This document shows positions 1 to 11,143 of a stretch of 15,375 bases of DNA, in pieces. A program made the position numbers and the translations under genes. Within the stretch, counting starts at the first letter, position 1, and each line of letters begins with the position of its first letter. Under the pieces are notes generated by a model. That model did not search any database. It was not told the origin of the DNA and saw only the letters and a list, made by a program, of their open reading frames with translations. Source of the DNA: Fonticula alba ATCC 38817 (lineage: Eukaryota; Protista; Nucleariida); NCBI GenBank assembly GCA_000388065.2, contig KB932203.1; one strand, given 5' to 3'.

Positions 1-34
1 TTTGAATGGTTTTTCTCTGCCCGTGTGTGGTGTG
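1..34 (+). repeat. 34-bp direct repeat, copy 1 (identical to 3688-3721)
   Basis: tttgaatggtttttctctgcccgtgtgtggtgtg occurs at 1-34 and at 3688-3721; copy 1 abuts the window edge and may be longer. Confidence 0.85.
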
Positions 35-652
35 GGGGCGGCCCCCCCCCCCCGCTTCGCACGCGAGAACCTGGCAGGCGTGCGGGTCTAGACACGCGCC
101 ACCGCACAGGCAAGCACCACCACCACCATCACCATCACCACCGCCACCGCCACCACCCCGGGCAAGGACACGCAATGCTGACCGTGACCGGGGAATAAAA
201 TCCAAAGAAATGGCCAAAACTCGCGTCGCTCGGGGGGAGGGGAGGGGGCGTGCGCATGTGTGTGTGTGTGTGTGAATGTGCCTGCCGCGCGCGGGCACGC
301 CCCCCCCCCCCCTCCCTCCTCTGCTCTGTGAGAAAACACACAAAGGTCCCCCGAAGGACCGGAAAGAAATTGCACCAAATAATCGGCGCTCGGCGCCCGA
401 ATAAAGTCAAACCTGACCTTGTGTCCATATCACGTGCCGATCCCTTGGCGCTCCTCCCACCGCCGCATTGGCCGCCCGCCGTGGGATCTCGATGTGTGCC
501 CCCCGCCCCCCCCCCCCCACGCTGTGAAAAGGGGCGCCGCTATTCCGTGTCCCGATCTGCGGTCCTCCCCCTCCACACATACCTACACACACACGCGCCC
601 ACGCACACGCACATACACGCACACGCGCGCGCGCACACACATCTCAGCCCCC

Positions 653-676
653 NNNNNNNNNNNNNNNNNNNNNNNN
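653..676. other. Assembly gap (24 N) between a CA microsatellite and a poly-C run
   Basis: Run of N in the sequence. Confidence 0.98.
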
Positions 677-791
677 CCCCCCCCCGCCCCCTCTCCCTCT
701 TCCCCTGCCGCCACACACATCCGCACACACACACGCGCTTGCGCAGCATCTCCCCCTCGCTCCCAAGAGAGCCCGCGCCTCACCATACAGC

Positions 792-2159
792 ATGGATCCC
801 ACCAGCGGGCACCCCTCGGCGGACAGCCGGCCGGTCCCGGTGCCGGTGGCCCGGCTTGAGCACCTTCACCAGGAGAAGGACCTCCTGGAGGGACGCCTCT
901 CGGCCATCGATGGGCTGATCGAGCAGCACTTCCCGGAGGCACTTGTTGACCGGACGGCCGCGGTGGCCCCGGCCCCGGCCGCGCCCGGTGCCCCCCTCGA
1001 GGACTGGGAAATCGAGTGGGAGATCGATCAGTCGATGGCACGCGCGAAGGCCCCCCCGGAACCCCAGCAGCCCATGCCCCTGCCCGCCATGATGGACTTG
1101 TCTTCCGATGCCCCGGACTCGGACGACCATTCTACCGAGCCCGACTTCGATCCGGCCACCGATTCGGACCAGGACCCGGGCCCGGAGTCGCAAGAGGACC
1201 CCGGCGATCTGGACGATGGGCACGCTGCGCATGACACCCAGGATGACCATCTCGATGGTGGCGATGGTGACGGCGACGCCGGTGAGGACCATCGCGGCCG
1301 CGATCACCAGGACGATGAGGAAAATGAGGATGGCGCTCCTCGGCTCCGGCGCCGGTGCCACGACGCGCGCCTCACCCTGGACGCGGATGGCCAAGTCAGC
1401 CTGCTGGGGTCCATCCTGCTGGACCACGACCATTCTCCGGAGGCCGGGGACCTGGACCGGCCGGTGATCTTGCTCAACTGGACGGCCATGTCCAATGGGG
1501 CCATCAACTCCGACCAGGTGACCAACCTGTACCTGGAGGATGAGAACTTCGGCCGGCCGGGCTACGAGCCGACCAACCCGCTGGCCATTTCGTACCTTCG
1601 CATGCAGCGCCGGGTCATCGATCTCCTGTATCACGGCCAGGAGGGCGCCTCCGGATCGACTGCCGGCCGAAGCACGCGCAATCGCCATGGCAACCCGGAG
1701 GGCCATGATGACGACGATGACGAGTACCACGACGAGGAGGATGACAACGATTACTATGGCCAGGAGGGGGATGGCGACTTCTACGGCGAGGAGGACGACT
1801 TCTACGGCGAGGAAGATGACTTCTACGGCGAGGAGGACGATTTCCACGCTGAGGAGGACGATTTCCACGCCGAGGAGGATGACTACCCTGATCAGGGGCA
1901 CGAGTCTGCCGATGGAAGGGACAGCCTCACCCATGAAGATGGCGACCTGGAGCACGAGGGCCGCCCCACGCGTGGGGGCAAGCGCTCGCCCGCCAAGGCC
2001 CACGGCCCTGGCATCGAGGAGGGGGCCGCCATCGATGAGTATGAGCATGATGATGATGAGGAGGAGGAGGAGCAGCAGGAGGAGCAGGACACCGCAGACA
2101 GCGACCATGAGCATGGGGCCGGCAGCGACTCGGCTCCTCTGTCTGAGGAAGAGCCAGCT

Positions 2160-2191
<32 letters not shown>

Positions 2192-3093
2192 CCCGCATGA
2201 CTCGCTGCCCTCGGACTTTGAGTCGCACCAGGGCCTGGGCATGCATGATGACTATGCGTCGGACCTGGCCTCCGATGGCCTGCCCGACATGCAGGAGGAG
2301 GAGGACTACGAGGATGAGGAGGATGCGGCACCGGCACACGACTTCGAGCAGATGCTCGACCAGCTGTTCGACATGGGCCTGGCCATCCACACCACGGCCG
2401 ACACCTGGGCCGACAACCGGCCGACTACCTTCTTCACTGGCGACGCCACCGGACCGCGCGACTACTGGGCCCCGGTGGAATACCCCCGGAGTCTGTGCCA
2501 CGGCATGCGCGACTCGCTCGACACCTGGCGCTTTGTCCAGTCCCGCTTCTGGTTCTCCGCTACTGAGAAGCTATCCTTCAGGTGCGCCCGGCCGTGCTGG
2601 CGACGGTCTTCCCCTTTTCCTTTCTTCTTCCGTGCATCCTCGTGGCTCTGACACATACAAACATGCAAATGTGCGTATACGCATGTGCATCCCCCGGCGT
2701 GTGTGTGTACTTGTGTACGTGTGTACGTGTGTGCGTGTGTGCGCGTGTGCGTGTCTGGTTGGCCTTCGGGCGCGCAGAATGCTGCAGCGGGAGATTGCCC
2801 TCTGCAACCGGCCTCTTTCCTTCAAGATCACCCTCCTGGAGGAGCTCCAGCGCCTGGCAACCAAGCAGCCGCACAAGCCCTGCCCGCTGGGCCACTTTGA
2901 CCCTGCCTCGCCCGCGGCCGAGCTCAACATCCTCGATCGCATCCTGGCCATGGTTCTCAGCCGGTCGAACGCCCTGCAGAGTTTGGACCACGGCGCGGTC
3001 CGGTCCCCAGCTGCCATCCTCTCTCTTCACAACCGCATCCGCCAGACCTGGCACGATGACTTTGGCGGCCTCCCAACATCGGGCAGCCTGTGA
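792..3093 (+). CDS. Hypothetical highly acidic (D/E-rich) protein, about 701 aa; join(792..2581,2778..3093)
   Basis: Long ORF from ATG 792 with GC-rich third codon positions. Donor AG|GTGCGC at 2581/2582 and acceptor GCGCAG|A at 2777/2778 join in phase 2 (AG+A = Arg) into the frame MLQREIALCNRPLSF...GSL, ending TGA 3091-3093. The 196-nt intron holds a GT microsatellite. No family recognised; an extra upstream exon is possible (CAG at 788-790). Confidence 0.75.
1776..1880 (+). repeat. Coding 21-bp tandem repeat x5 encoding DF[YH][GA]EED
   Basis: Translation DFYGEED-DFYGEED-DFYGEED-DFHAEED-DFHAEED; units differ at some synonymous positions; a degenerate unit (DYYGQEG) lies just upstream. Confidence 0.9.
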
Positions 3094-3687
3094 ACATCGG
3101 CCCGTCTGTGAGCGTCTCCCTTTCTCCGGCTTTGCCTGCCGTGTCTCCCCCCCTCTCCCTCTGGAGGATGGACGCCCCTGTGTGTCGACATACGCCTCCA
3201 AGGCACCCCTCTCCCCTTTGTGCCTCCTTCTCGTGGAAGCGCCCTCTCCTCCCCGCCCCCTTCCCCCCTTCTCCGGGCAATTGCACCAGCAGGGACGGCT
3301 CACACTTGGGCAGTTGGAGAAGAGAAAACACAGCGGGGCACCCCGCGCCAATGCATCACTTGTTGTCCTATTCGACCTGCCCAGATAAAAGCACACCTCG
3401 CCGCTCCCGAGGGGATAGAAGGGGGGGGCAACTTTCTTTCTTTTTTCTTTCTCTCTCTCTCTCTCATGGTGTGTGCTTGCGTCTGTGCCTGTGTGTGTGT
3501 GTGTGGCATGCGGCATATGACGTGCAGGGCGAAGCAGGCTTGGCAAGGGCACACGCCAGCGGAACGGGCAATCAAAACTACTCGCCGGCCTGGCCTCCGC
3601 CTCCTCCTCCTCCTCCTCTGGGCATGGCAAGAGAGAGGGGGGAGGAGAGGGAGAGAGGCACCGCCACGCCCCAACCGAGGCACGCTC

Positions 3688-3721
3688 TTTGAATGGTTTT
3701 TCTCTGCCCGTGTGTGGTGTG
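3688..3721 (+). repeat. 34-bp direct repeat, copy 2 (identical to 1-34)
   Basis: Exact match to window positions 1-34; lies in the convergent intergenic region between gene 1 and the WW gene. Confidence 0.85.
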
Positions 3722-4006
3722 TGTGTGGGGGGGGGGGGGGGGAAGGGGAATTGGGGGGAGGTATTTGAGCGTCGGATCGACGATCGTATCTGAAGATGCA
3801 CATGACCATGTGCGGCAATTGCGGGGCACAGCAAGGGGGTGAGAAGCCCTTCCCTCAGTCCCCCGCCCCGCCCGGTGCTTCGTGCCTTTTCGTCTGGCGT
3901 GCTGGCGCGCGGCCCACGGCGGCAGGGGACAGGGCGAGGGAGGCAGGATGGAGGCAGGGGAGGCAAACCCACGCATGTGCTCCTCGGTGGATGGGGAGGG
4001 GGCGGC

Positions 4007-5523
4007 TTAAGCCGCTTCGGGTATTCGACCCGCAGGCCCGGCCCCAGCGCGACCGTATACCAGCAGCCCCAGCTGCCGGGCCACCTCGGAGATCCATCTA
4101 TCAAGGGGCCCGCCGGGTGGTGCGGGCTGTCCGCCCGGGGTCCCCCCAACCAGCCCGTGTCCTCTTGGGCCTGGCACCACCAGCAGGAAGTACACCCCGA
4201 AGGCGCACAGGGCCAAGACCGATGCCACGGCCGCCGACAGAAGCAGCCGCGAGGAGCGGTCCACCGCGACCGGGGAAGAGACCGAGGCGGCCATCGCATT
4301 TTGGCTGGGACGCCGTTGTGCCGGCAGCCTTGTTGTCTCGGTCCCGGGCCGGGCGCCAGCCGCGCCGAATGGCGCCCGGCGCCGGACACTGAGCGACGTT
4401 TGGGTGAGCGGGGTCCTGGCGAGGGAGGGGCAGGAGGAGGGCAGCAGAGGCGGCCGAGGCACATGGGCGAACATCAATCAGCACGTCAATGGCCGAGGCG
4501 CATGCCTGTGATCGGGCATTCGACACCGAGCGAGAGAGAGAGAGAGGGGCAAGCAGGCAGACGCGCGAGGCAAATGGAGGTGACGCACCGGTGGACGCCA
4601 TTTGCGGGATAATTTCCCACCGAAGAAGATCGGCGAGGCATGGAGCGTGCCGCGCCGGATCCCACCCGCCGGGGGTCATCCCAGGTGGTGATCTTTCGGT
4701 TGTGGTCCACAAAGAAGAGCAATCCATCCCGGGTGTAGGCTGCCTCCCAGCCCGGCGGCAGGGGGGCTCCCTGCTGGGGCGGGGGCGGAGCATTCGGCCG
4801 AGCCGATGGCACACTCTTGGGACTTTGGACGGCACAAGGGGGGAGAGAGAGAGAGAGAGAGAGAGGAGGGGGAGGGAGGGAGAGAAGGAGCGGAGAGAAG
4901 GAAAAGCAAGAAGGGCAGGGGTAAGCGGCGCGCCAGGGAAGAGTGAAACCACAAGAGGTGGGAAAGGCGAGAGCCCAGGCGTACCCGGTGGCCTGACCGT
5001 GAGTTGAGGAGGCGGAGGGGGCGTCTACCGCCTGGTCGAGGGGCTTTGGAGGAATGGCCTGACTCGGCAAAAGGGGGCGGAGAAATAGGAGCCGGTAAAT
5101 AAGGCATGCCGAGAAGCGGGGAGACAGAGACAGAGAGAGAGAGAGAGGCGCAGATGCGGAGACGAGTTGCAGGTGAAAGGGCGGCGGGAGGGGCATGCCC
5201 ATGGGTCGTGGGATGATGGCCTACCTGCTCCGAGGGGGTGTCATCAGTGACCGGCAGCGGGGGGGTGATGGCCCCGGCGTCGAAGGGCACGGCCGTGTCG
5301 ATGACTGAGATGGACTTTGATCGAGGGGGCGCAAGCCGAGGCTCAACCGCGGGGGCATCACCATGGGCCGGGGTGGTGATTGACCGAACCGGGTTACCCT
5401 TCGAAGCCGCGGGGATTGCGGCCCCTTCGGCCGCCAGCGGCGGCGATAGATCACGCGTCACCATTGCAAGCCCAGGGACGGAGGGAGGAGGGGGGGCTCC
5501 AAGTTTGCCAGCACAGGAGGAGT
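4007..5523 (-). CDS. WW-domain protein with a single C-terminal transmembrane helix; complement join(5523 or 5464..5225,5058..4985,4822..4589,4415..4007); 318 aa from ATG 5464, probably 5'-incomplete
   Basis: All junctions are GT-AG and phase-compatible: CAG|GTAGGC 5225/5224 to GTCAG|GCC 5058 (phase 0); GG|GTACGC 4985/4984 to AAAG|T 4822 (phase 2; this 162-nt intron is also open in frame); CG|GTGCGT 4589/4588 to GCCAG|G 4415 (phase 2); stop TAA 4009-4007. Introns carry CT microsatellites. A strong polypyrimidine-TTTCAG acceptor at 5525-5524 suggests a further upstream exon. Confidence 0.75.
4175..4246 (-). other. Predicted transmembrane helix of the WW protein
   Basis: [24 protein letters not shown], 24 uncharged residues preceded by DRSSR and followed by a 55-aa tail. 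Confidence 0.75.
4669..4761 (-). other. WW domain coding segment
   Basis: [31 protein letters not shown] matches the WW consensus (LPxGW...aromatic pair-x-DH...TTWxDPR) with both signature Trp residues. Confidence 0.92.
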
Positions 5524-6295
5524 CTGAAACCGAGGCGAAGAAAGAGAGGAGGAGAGGGCACGAGGGAGCGAGGGCAGGGGGGAGGGGTAGAGAGAGAGAG
5601 AGAGAGAGAGAGGTTGGGTGTCAGTTTATACGCCTCCTTTGGCGGGGCTCTCACCTGCGCCTCTCACGAGCAAGCAGGGACAAAGGACGCACACACGCAA
5701 GGACGCCAGGTCCGGCAGCGACGCGCCTCGAGCGGCTGTGCGGGCGGGGGAGGGCGAACGGCAAGCAGGGAAAGAGGGAGAGGAAGGGGAAAGGTTGTGA
5801 TGCCGGCTCAGGCCATCGGGGCCGGGCTGTGGGGCAGGCGAGGGAAGGAAAAGCGGGGAGACGGGAATGGGGAGCCGGGCGGAGGAGGGCGCGGAGGGAG
5901 NNNNNNNNNNGGAGGAGTCTGAAACCGAGGCGAAGAAAGAGAGGAGGAGAGGGCACGAGGGAGCGAGGGCAGGGGGGAGGGGTAGAGAGAGAGAGAGAGA
6001 GAGAGAGGTTGGGTGTCAGTTTATACGCCTCCTTTGGCGGGGCTCTCACCTGCGCCTCTCACGAGCAAGCAGGGACAAAGGACGCACACACGCAAGGACG
6101 CCAGGTCCGGCAGCGACGCGCCTCGAGCGGCTGTGCGGGCGGGGGAGGGCGAACGGCAAGCAGGGAAAGAGGGAGAGGAAGGGGAAAGGTTGTGATGCCG
6201 GCTCAGGCCATCGGGGCCGGGCTGTGGGGCAGGCGAGGGAAGGAAAAGCGGGGAGACGGGAATGGGGAGCCGGGCGGAGGAGGGCGCGGAGGGAG
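5516..6295. repeat. 385-bp direct duplication (5516-5900 = 5911-6295) flanking a 10-N gap; probable assembly artefact
   Basis: Two copies offset by 395 bp give identical ORFs (5618..5800 and 6013..6195) and are separated only by NNNNNNNNNN, the pattern of unmerged overlapping contig ends. Confidence 0.85.
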
Positions 6296-6332
6296 GGGAG
6301 AGGAGGGTGGGGCGGGGGTGCCAGGGCCGCAC

Positions 6333-6480
6333 CCGGTCGGCCAGTTCCCTGGTGACTCAAAAGGCCCAGGCGGGTGCGGATGTGTCCGACAAGGCTCCCA
6401 GGTGTCGGGATTGCCTCGGCCGGGGGGGGGGGGGGGGGCGGCCTCTCGCCGCAGCTAGCCGCGTCATCCCACCCGGCCAG
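6333..6480 (-). CDS. Possible upstream exon of the WW-TM gene (5' boundary uncertain)
   Basis: Donor CCGG|GTGCGG at 6333/6332 is phase 1 in the open frame ...AEAIPTPGSLVGHIRTRLGLLSHQGTGRP and joins the 5523 acceptor in frame (G+AC = Asp, then [22 protein letters not shown]). No clear acceptor or start codon found for this exon. Confidence 0.35.
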
Positions 6481-8513
6481 CTTCCGTCCGGTGCGGGAGC
6501 CCAGGGCGCCATGCCCACCGGCAGGCGCGCAGACATGCACACACAAACGACACGAAGATCTCCGCCCTTCTCGCGTGGACCGGCGCGATCTGCAGGATTG
6601 ACACGGGCCGGGACCGCGTGCGCGCGCCACCGTCAGCAATACCACCACCCCACCGCCAGCACCACGCCCCTAGCCCCCCCCCCTCCCCCCCCCCCCCGCC
6701 CCAGGAGCAGGACCAGAACAGGCCGGAGTGACGACCGGGCCCGGGGGCCGCGCACGTCCCAATCTCCCCCGAAGGATCGACGCGCTAGCACACCGAGGAC
6801 AGCAAAGCGAACCCCGAGGCAAGAGCCGAAGAGAACCGGCCGGAGAAAAATAAGGACACCCACGGCGGGCGCAAGGCACGCAGGGGCACACCGGGGACAA
6901 CGGGGACGGGAGCGAGGGATTGCCCGAGAGGGGGCAAGCCGGGCCGAATGGGGAGATCAGCGCGGCAGGGGGGGGCACGATATCCCCCGCGCCCCCGCGC
7001 GCGCGCGCGCCCCCCCCCCCCCCCTTGACCTGCCGCCGCCTCCTGATGGGACTGCCCGGTGCGCCCGGGGCCCACCAGAACGGCGGTGTTAATTGGTCCG
7101 ATCGTTGGCACATGACATTGCGACAGAAGTAGGGTCATGTGCATTTGCACGGGTTCATGCCCGAGAAGGGGCCCAGGTGCCGCCGCATGCGGGACTACGA
7201 GATGGCAAACGCTCTCAGCCCGACGGATGCGCGCCATCTACGATGCTTGTACTCGGACCTGGGGTCCGTGGGTCGGGCTGGGCCTTATTTTGGTATTTAC
7301 ATCCGCGGGTCGAGAGCAGGATTGGCGCGTAGCCCCCGAGCGGGGGGGAGGAAGAGCACAGGGCCGCCTGCCCTGGGCCGGGGAGGGGGGGGGGGGGGGC
7401 AATAAAAACGGCAACGGTGGGCGATGCCCCGGCCAACTTGCCGGAGGACGAGCGTGTGACTGGGTGTGCCGCTCTAAGGGGGGGGGATGCGCTACTGGCT
7501 GGACATTGTGGCGGGACTCAGGGAAGGGCGGGGGAGGGGGGGGCTTCCCCGTTCTGCTGTGGCGCTCTTGTCCTCGCCATGGGCCGCCTCGTTGGGTGTT
7601 TGTTTCCGTGCGGGCGGGGGCAAGGCCCTGGTGCCGCGGATCGCGCCCGGGCCCCGGGGTGCTACACGCCCGGCGACGTGCTGGGCAGGGACCCCGGCCG
7701 TGGGAAGGGGCGGGGAGGGGGAGGCCAACAGGAGGACGGATCTAGACATGCCGGGTAGGGGGATGCATGTCCCGGAGAGGGGCCCCTCGAAGCCGTGACT
7801 CGGGAAGGAAGATCTCGATACCGCGCTGCAACATACACACACACACACACACATGTGGACAGGCGACTGTCGATAGGTGTGTGTGCGTGTGCCAGCCCCA
7901 CATCCCGGATGCGCGAGCAGTGTCTCCAGCAATCTGAAGGTAGCAGCCATGCCTCCGGCTGGGTCTCGGATGCCCAGCGGGAAAGAACAACAAGACGGGC
8001 GTCCGGCTGCCCCGTCACCTTTCCCTGGGGGAGGGACACGCCGCCCGCAGGGACCCGCTCGACGTGAGACCTGGAGTCGCGGTGGCGGGGACAGTGGCGG
8101 GGGCGGTGGCCGGGAATAAAAGGCCCCCTAGGATTGGCCTCCCGGTCCTTGTGTGATCCAGCACTCTCCTCTGCTTCCCCTGTTGTTCGTTTTATTTTGC
8201 ACATATTCCCCCGAGTGCTTGTTCGCACAAGGGCCACCAGCATTCTGCCGTTCCTTCGAAGCGCGCCGACCCCCTCGCCCTCCCCCCACGACACAGCGCC
8301 GCCTGTGGCCTCCCTTCGCTGAATGTACGGCCCCCGAGCGCTCCCCCTGCCCGATTTGCCCACACCCATGCCACTGGCTCGGCCGTTGGGGCTCCTGCCC
8401 GGGCATCCAGCGCCGCCTCGCCCCCCCCCGCCCCCACTCGCGCCCTCTTGTCACTTGCCTCGCCGAACCCCCACTCACCCTGGGCCACATGTCCAGTCAC
8501 CCCCTGCCCCCTT

Positions 8514-11112
8514 ATGGCCATGCTGTGCTGGCTTCTCGTCGCGGCCCTGGCGCTGGCCTCCGGGGCTGCGGCCCAGGCCGGCGAGCTGCCAGAGCCCTTT
8601 GAGGGTCTGTCGGCGGTGGTGCGCCGCGGCCCGGCCGGCGCCGGACGCCCGGACTTCCTGGTCCCCGGCATCCGCGGCTTCACAACCATCATGCTGCCCG
8701 AGGATGCTGGCCCGGCCCGGCTGGTCATGCGCATGGAGACCTCCATCCAGCTGATGGGGCCGCTGGAGGGGGCCGTCGAGTCCGGGCTCTTCCTGGCCGA
8801 GACGCCGGCCACCTCGCTGCCGGTCCACGCCGGGGCCTTCCCCCCGGGGCATCCCCTGCACCAGGTGTACACCGATCCCCGGCTGAGCACCTGGCCGCTG
8901 GCCTGGTATGATCGTGACAAGGTGCTGCCCTCGCAATGGCCCGGTGGGGTATTCTGGGCCGATGCCCGGGGGCTCATGCATGGGACCTTCCAGCTGGCGC
9001 CCGGCCCCGAGCCCGGGGTGCAGGCCGACTCGAGGCTGGTGTTTGCCCCGGCCGGCCTGCCGGCTGCGACCCGGCCACCGGTGCTGGACTTCGCCGTGCT
9101 CACAGACCGCCGGGCCCCGGGGGATGGGCCCTTCTGCGAGCAGGTGGCCATTCTCTCGGAAGCCGACCAGGCCGGCGAGGCGTGGATGGAGCTCCGAGTG
9201 GCGGCCCTGTGCCTGGGAGCATCGGAGCCCCGGGTGTCGGGGGTGCTCTTCCGGGCCCGGCTGACGCACGCGCACCAGCGCACCTGGCTGGTCCGGGGCG
9301 ATGTCAATGCCGATGGGCTGGACGATGTGCTGGTGGCCCGGCACCAGGGCAACCAGCTGGTCTTCCACCTGGTGGCCTCGTGCCGGGGGTGCGCCCCGGC
9401 CGGGACCCCGGTCGAGGTGGACTTCGGCGAGGCGCTGCCGGTCAGCGCCCCGGCCGCGGCGACCCTGCCCGCGCCGGAGGAGGTCACCCTGTGCGCGGAT
9501 CCGGACTCGCCGCAGGCCGGCACCGCCACCCTGCGCCAGGTCCCGCACGCGGCCCTGCTGGACGTCGATGGGGATGGCGATCCCGATCTCCTGGTCAGTG
9601 CCTATCGCGATCATGGGGTGGCCCATTTGGGGTACTGGGTGTTTGCCAATCGCGCGGTGGGCCCGCTGCAGGATGCCCCCAGCCAGGCGGCCCTGGCCCG
9701 GGGGGAGCTGTTTGTGCTGCAGGCGAGCCTGGCCGCCCGGCCGGCGGACACCAGCGGCTGCCTCGGCCTGCCGGGCCCGATGGCCGGCATGCTTGACCGG
9801 CACTTCGGCCCGGGGGCACCCCCGGCCGAGGGGACCCCGCCGGCCCATGGCCCGCGGCTGGCCCGCCACCAGGTCACCTTCGCCGACCACGAGCCCAATC
9901 CCCAAGTGCAGAACCTTTCCCCCTTCTTCGCCACCGGCGAGGTGATGCTCTACCGGCCGGGCCCCGGGCCGCTGGACCGGCCGGGCCTCTTCACCGGCGC
10001 CCGGGCCCTGAATGTGGGCGTGCGCCAGCGTGGGCAGCCCTTCATCCCGGGCAATGTCGGCTTCCGGAAGGACAATTGGCCGCTCCTGGCCAGCCCGGTG
10101 CCGCTGCTGGCCCTGGAGAGCCGGCTCATGTGGGGCGTCCTCCCGGGCCCGGGCGGCCCCACGGCCGCGGCCCTCATCCACGCGGAGGTCCTGGCCCCGG
10201 CGACCGGCGACAACGCCGGCATGGTGACCCTGCGCTTGGCGATCAACCCGCTGCTCGGGGCCCGGAGCTATGGCTGCGATTGCAGCGGCCGGGGGACCTG
10301 CGCGCTGGCTGGCCCCGAAGCCGGGCGGTGTGTCTGCCTGGCCGGCTTCACCGGGCCCACCTGCGGCGAATGTGCCGCCGGCCATTACAGCCGGTCGTGC
10401 TTCCGCGCGGCCACCTGCGATGCAACCACCCTCCCGAGCACCGGGGCCGAGGGGCTCGGCCTGTGCCAGTGTGCCGAGGCCTACCAGGAGAAGCCCCCGG
10501 CCAGGGCCTTCGGGGACTTCCGATCGTGCACCCTCTGCGCGGCGGGGTACTTCCGGCCGGCCGGGGCCCCGGCCGGCCAGTGCGCCGCCTGCCCGGCCCA
10601 TTGCGAACTTTGCCTCGACACCTCCGGCCAGTGTGTCCTGTGCCAGCCGGATGCCGTGATGCCGCCCCAGTCGACCGAGTGCCGGGGCTTCGCCAGCCCG
10701 GCCGAGGCGGCGGCCATTTGCGGCGACGGGTACTTCTACAATCCGCAGGCCAATGCCTGTGACACCTGCCCGGCCGGGTGCTCGCTGTGCGCCGGGGCCA
10801 GCCGGTGCACCGCCTGTGCCAATCCCGATGCCGCCCTGCTGGATGGCATGTGCGTGCTGGATTGCCCGGCCGGCATGTGGCTGCGCCCGGCCGCCCCGGA
10901 GGACGAGCGCCCGTTCAATGTGTGCGAGACCTGCGATGAGGCCTGCAAGACGTGCACCGGCGCCACGGCCTACCACTGTCTCTTCTGTGCGCCGGGCTAC
11001 CATCGGACGATGGGGCTCTGTGAGCTGAGTGCGTGCATGGCGCCGAGAGGCGCAGCCGGCCGAGGAGCCGGGGGCCGGGCGAGCCGGGAGGCGAGAGGAG
11101 GGACATGGGTGC

Positions 11113-11143
<31 letters not shown>

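Noticed and set aside
1-790. Short ORFs and AATAAA (194-199) in the first 800 bp
   Set aside because: Translations derive from microsatellite and homopolymer sequence; no supportable gene model.
5516-6295. 385-bp tandem duplication as a biological repeat
   Set aside because: The copies appear identical and are separated only by a 10-N gap, typical of unmerged contig overlaps.
7113-7185. Minus-strand Cys-rich frame with TGA (PCKCT*PYFC) as a selenoprotein
   Set aside because: Not a CxxU/UxxC motif, another stop (TAG) lies just upstream in frame, and no SECIS was found.
7080-7240. TPP riboswitch, SRP RNA or snRNA resemblance (CTGAGA, GTAGTCCC, GCAGGTCAA words on - strand)
   Set aside because: Isolated short words only; order, spacing and helices do not fit those families.
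9294-9302. RGD tripeptide in the kinase ectodomain
   Set aside because: GD is part of the FG-GAP motif GDVNADG, so RGD is expected by coincidence.
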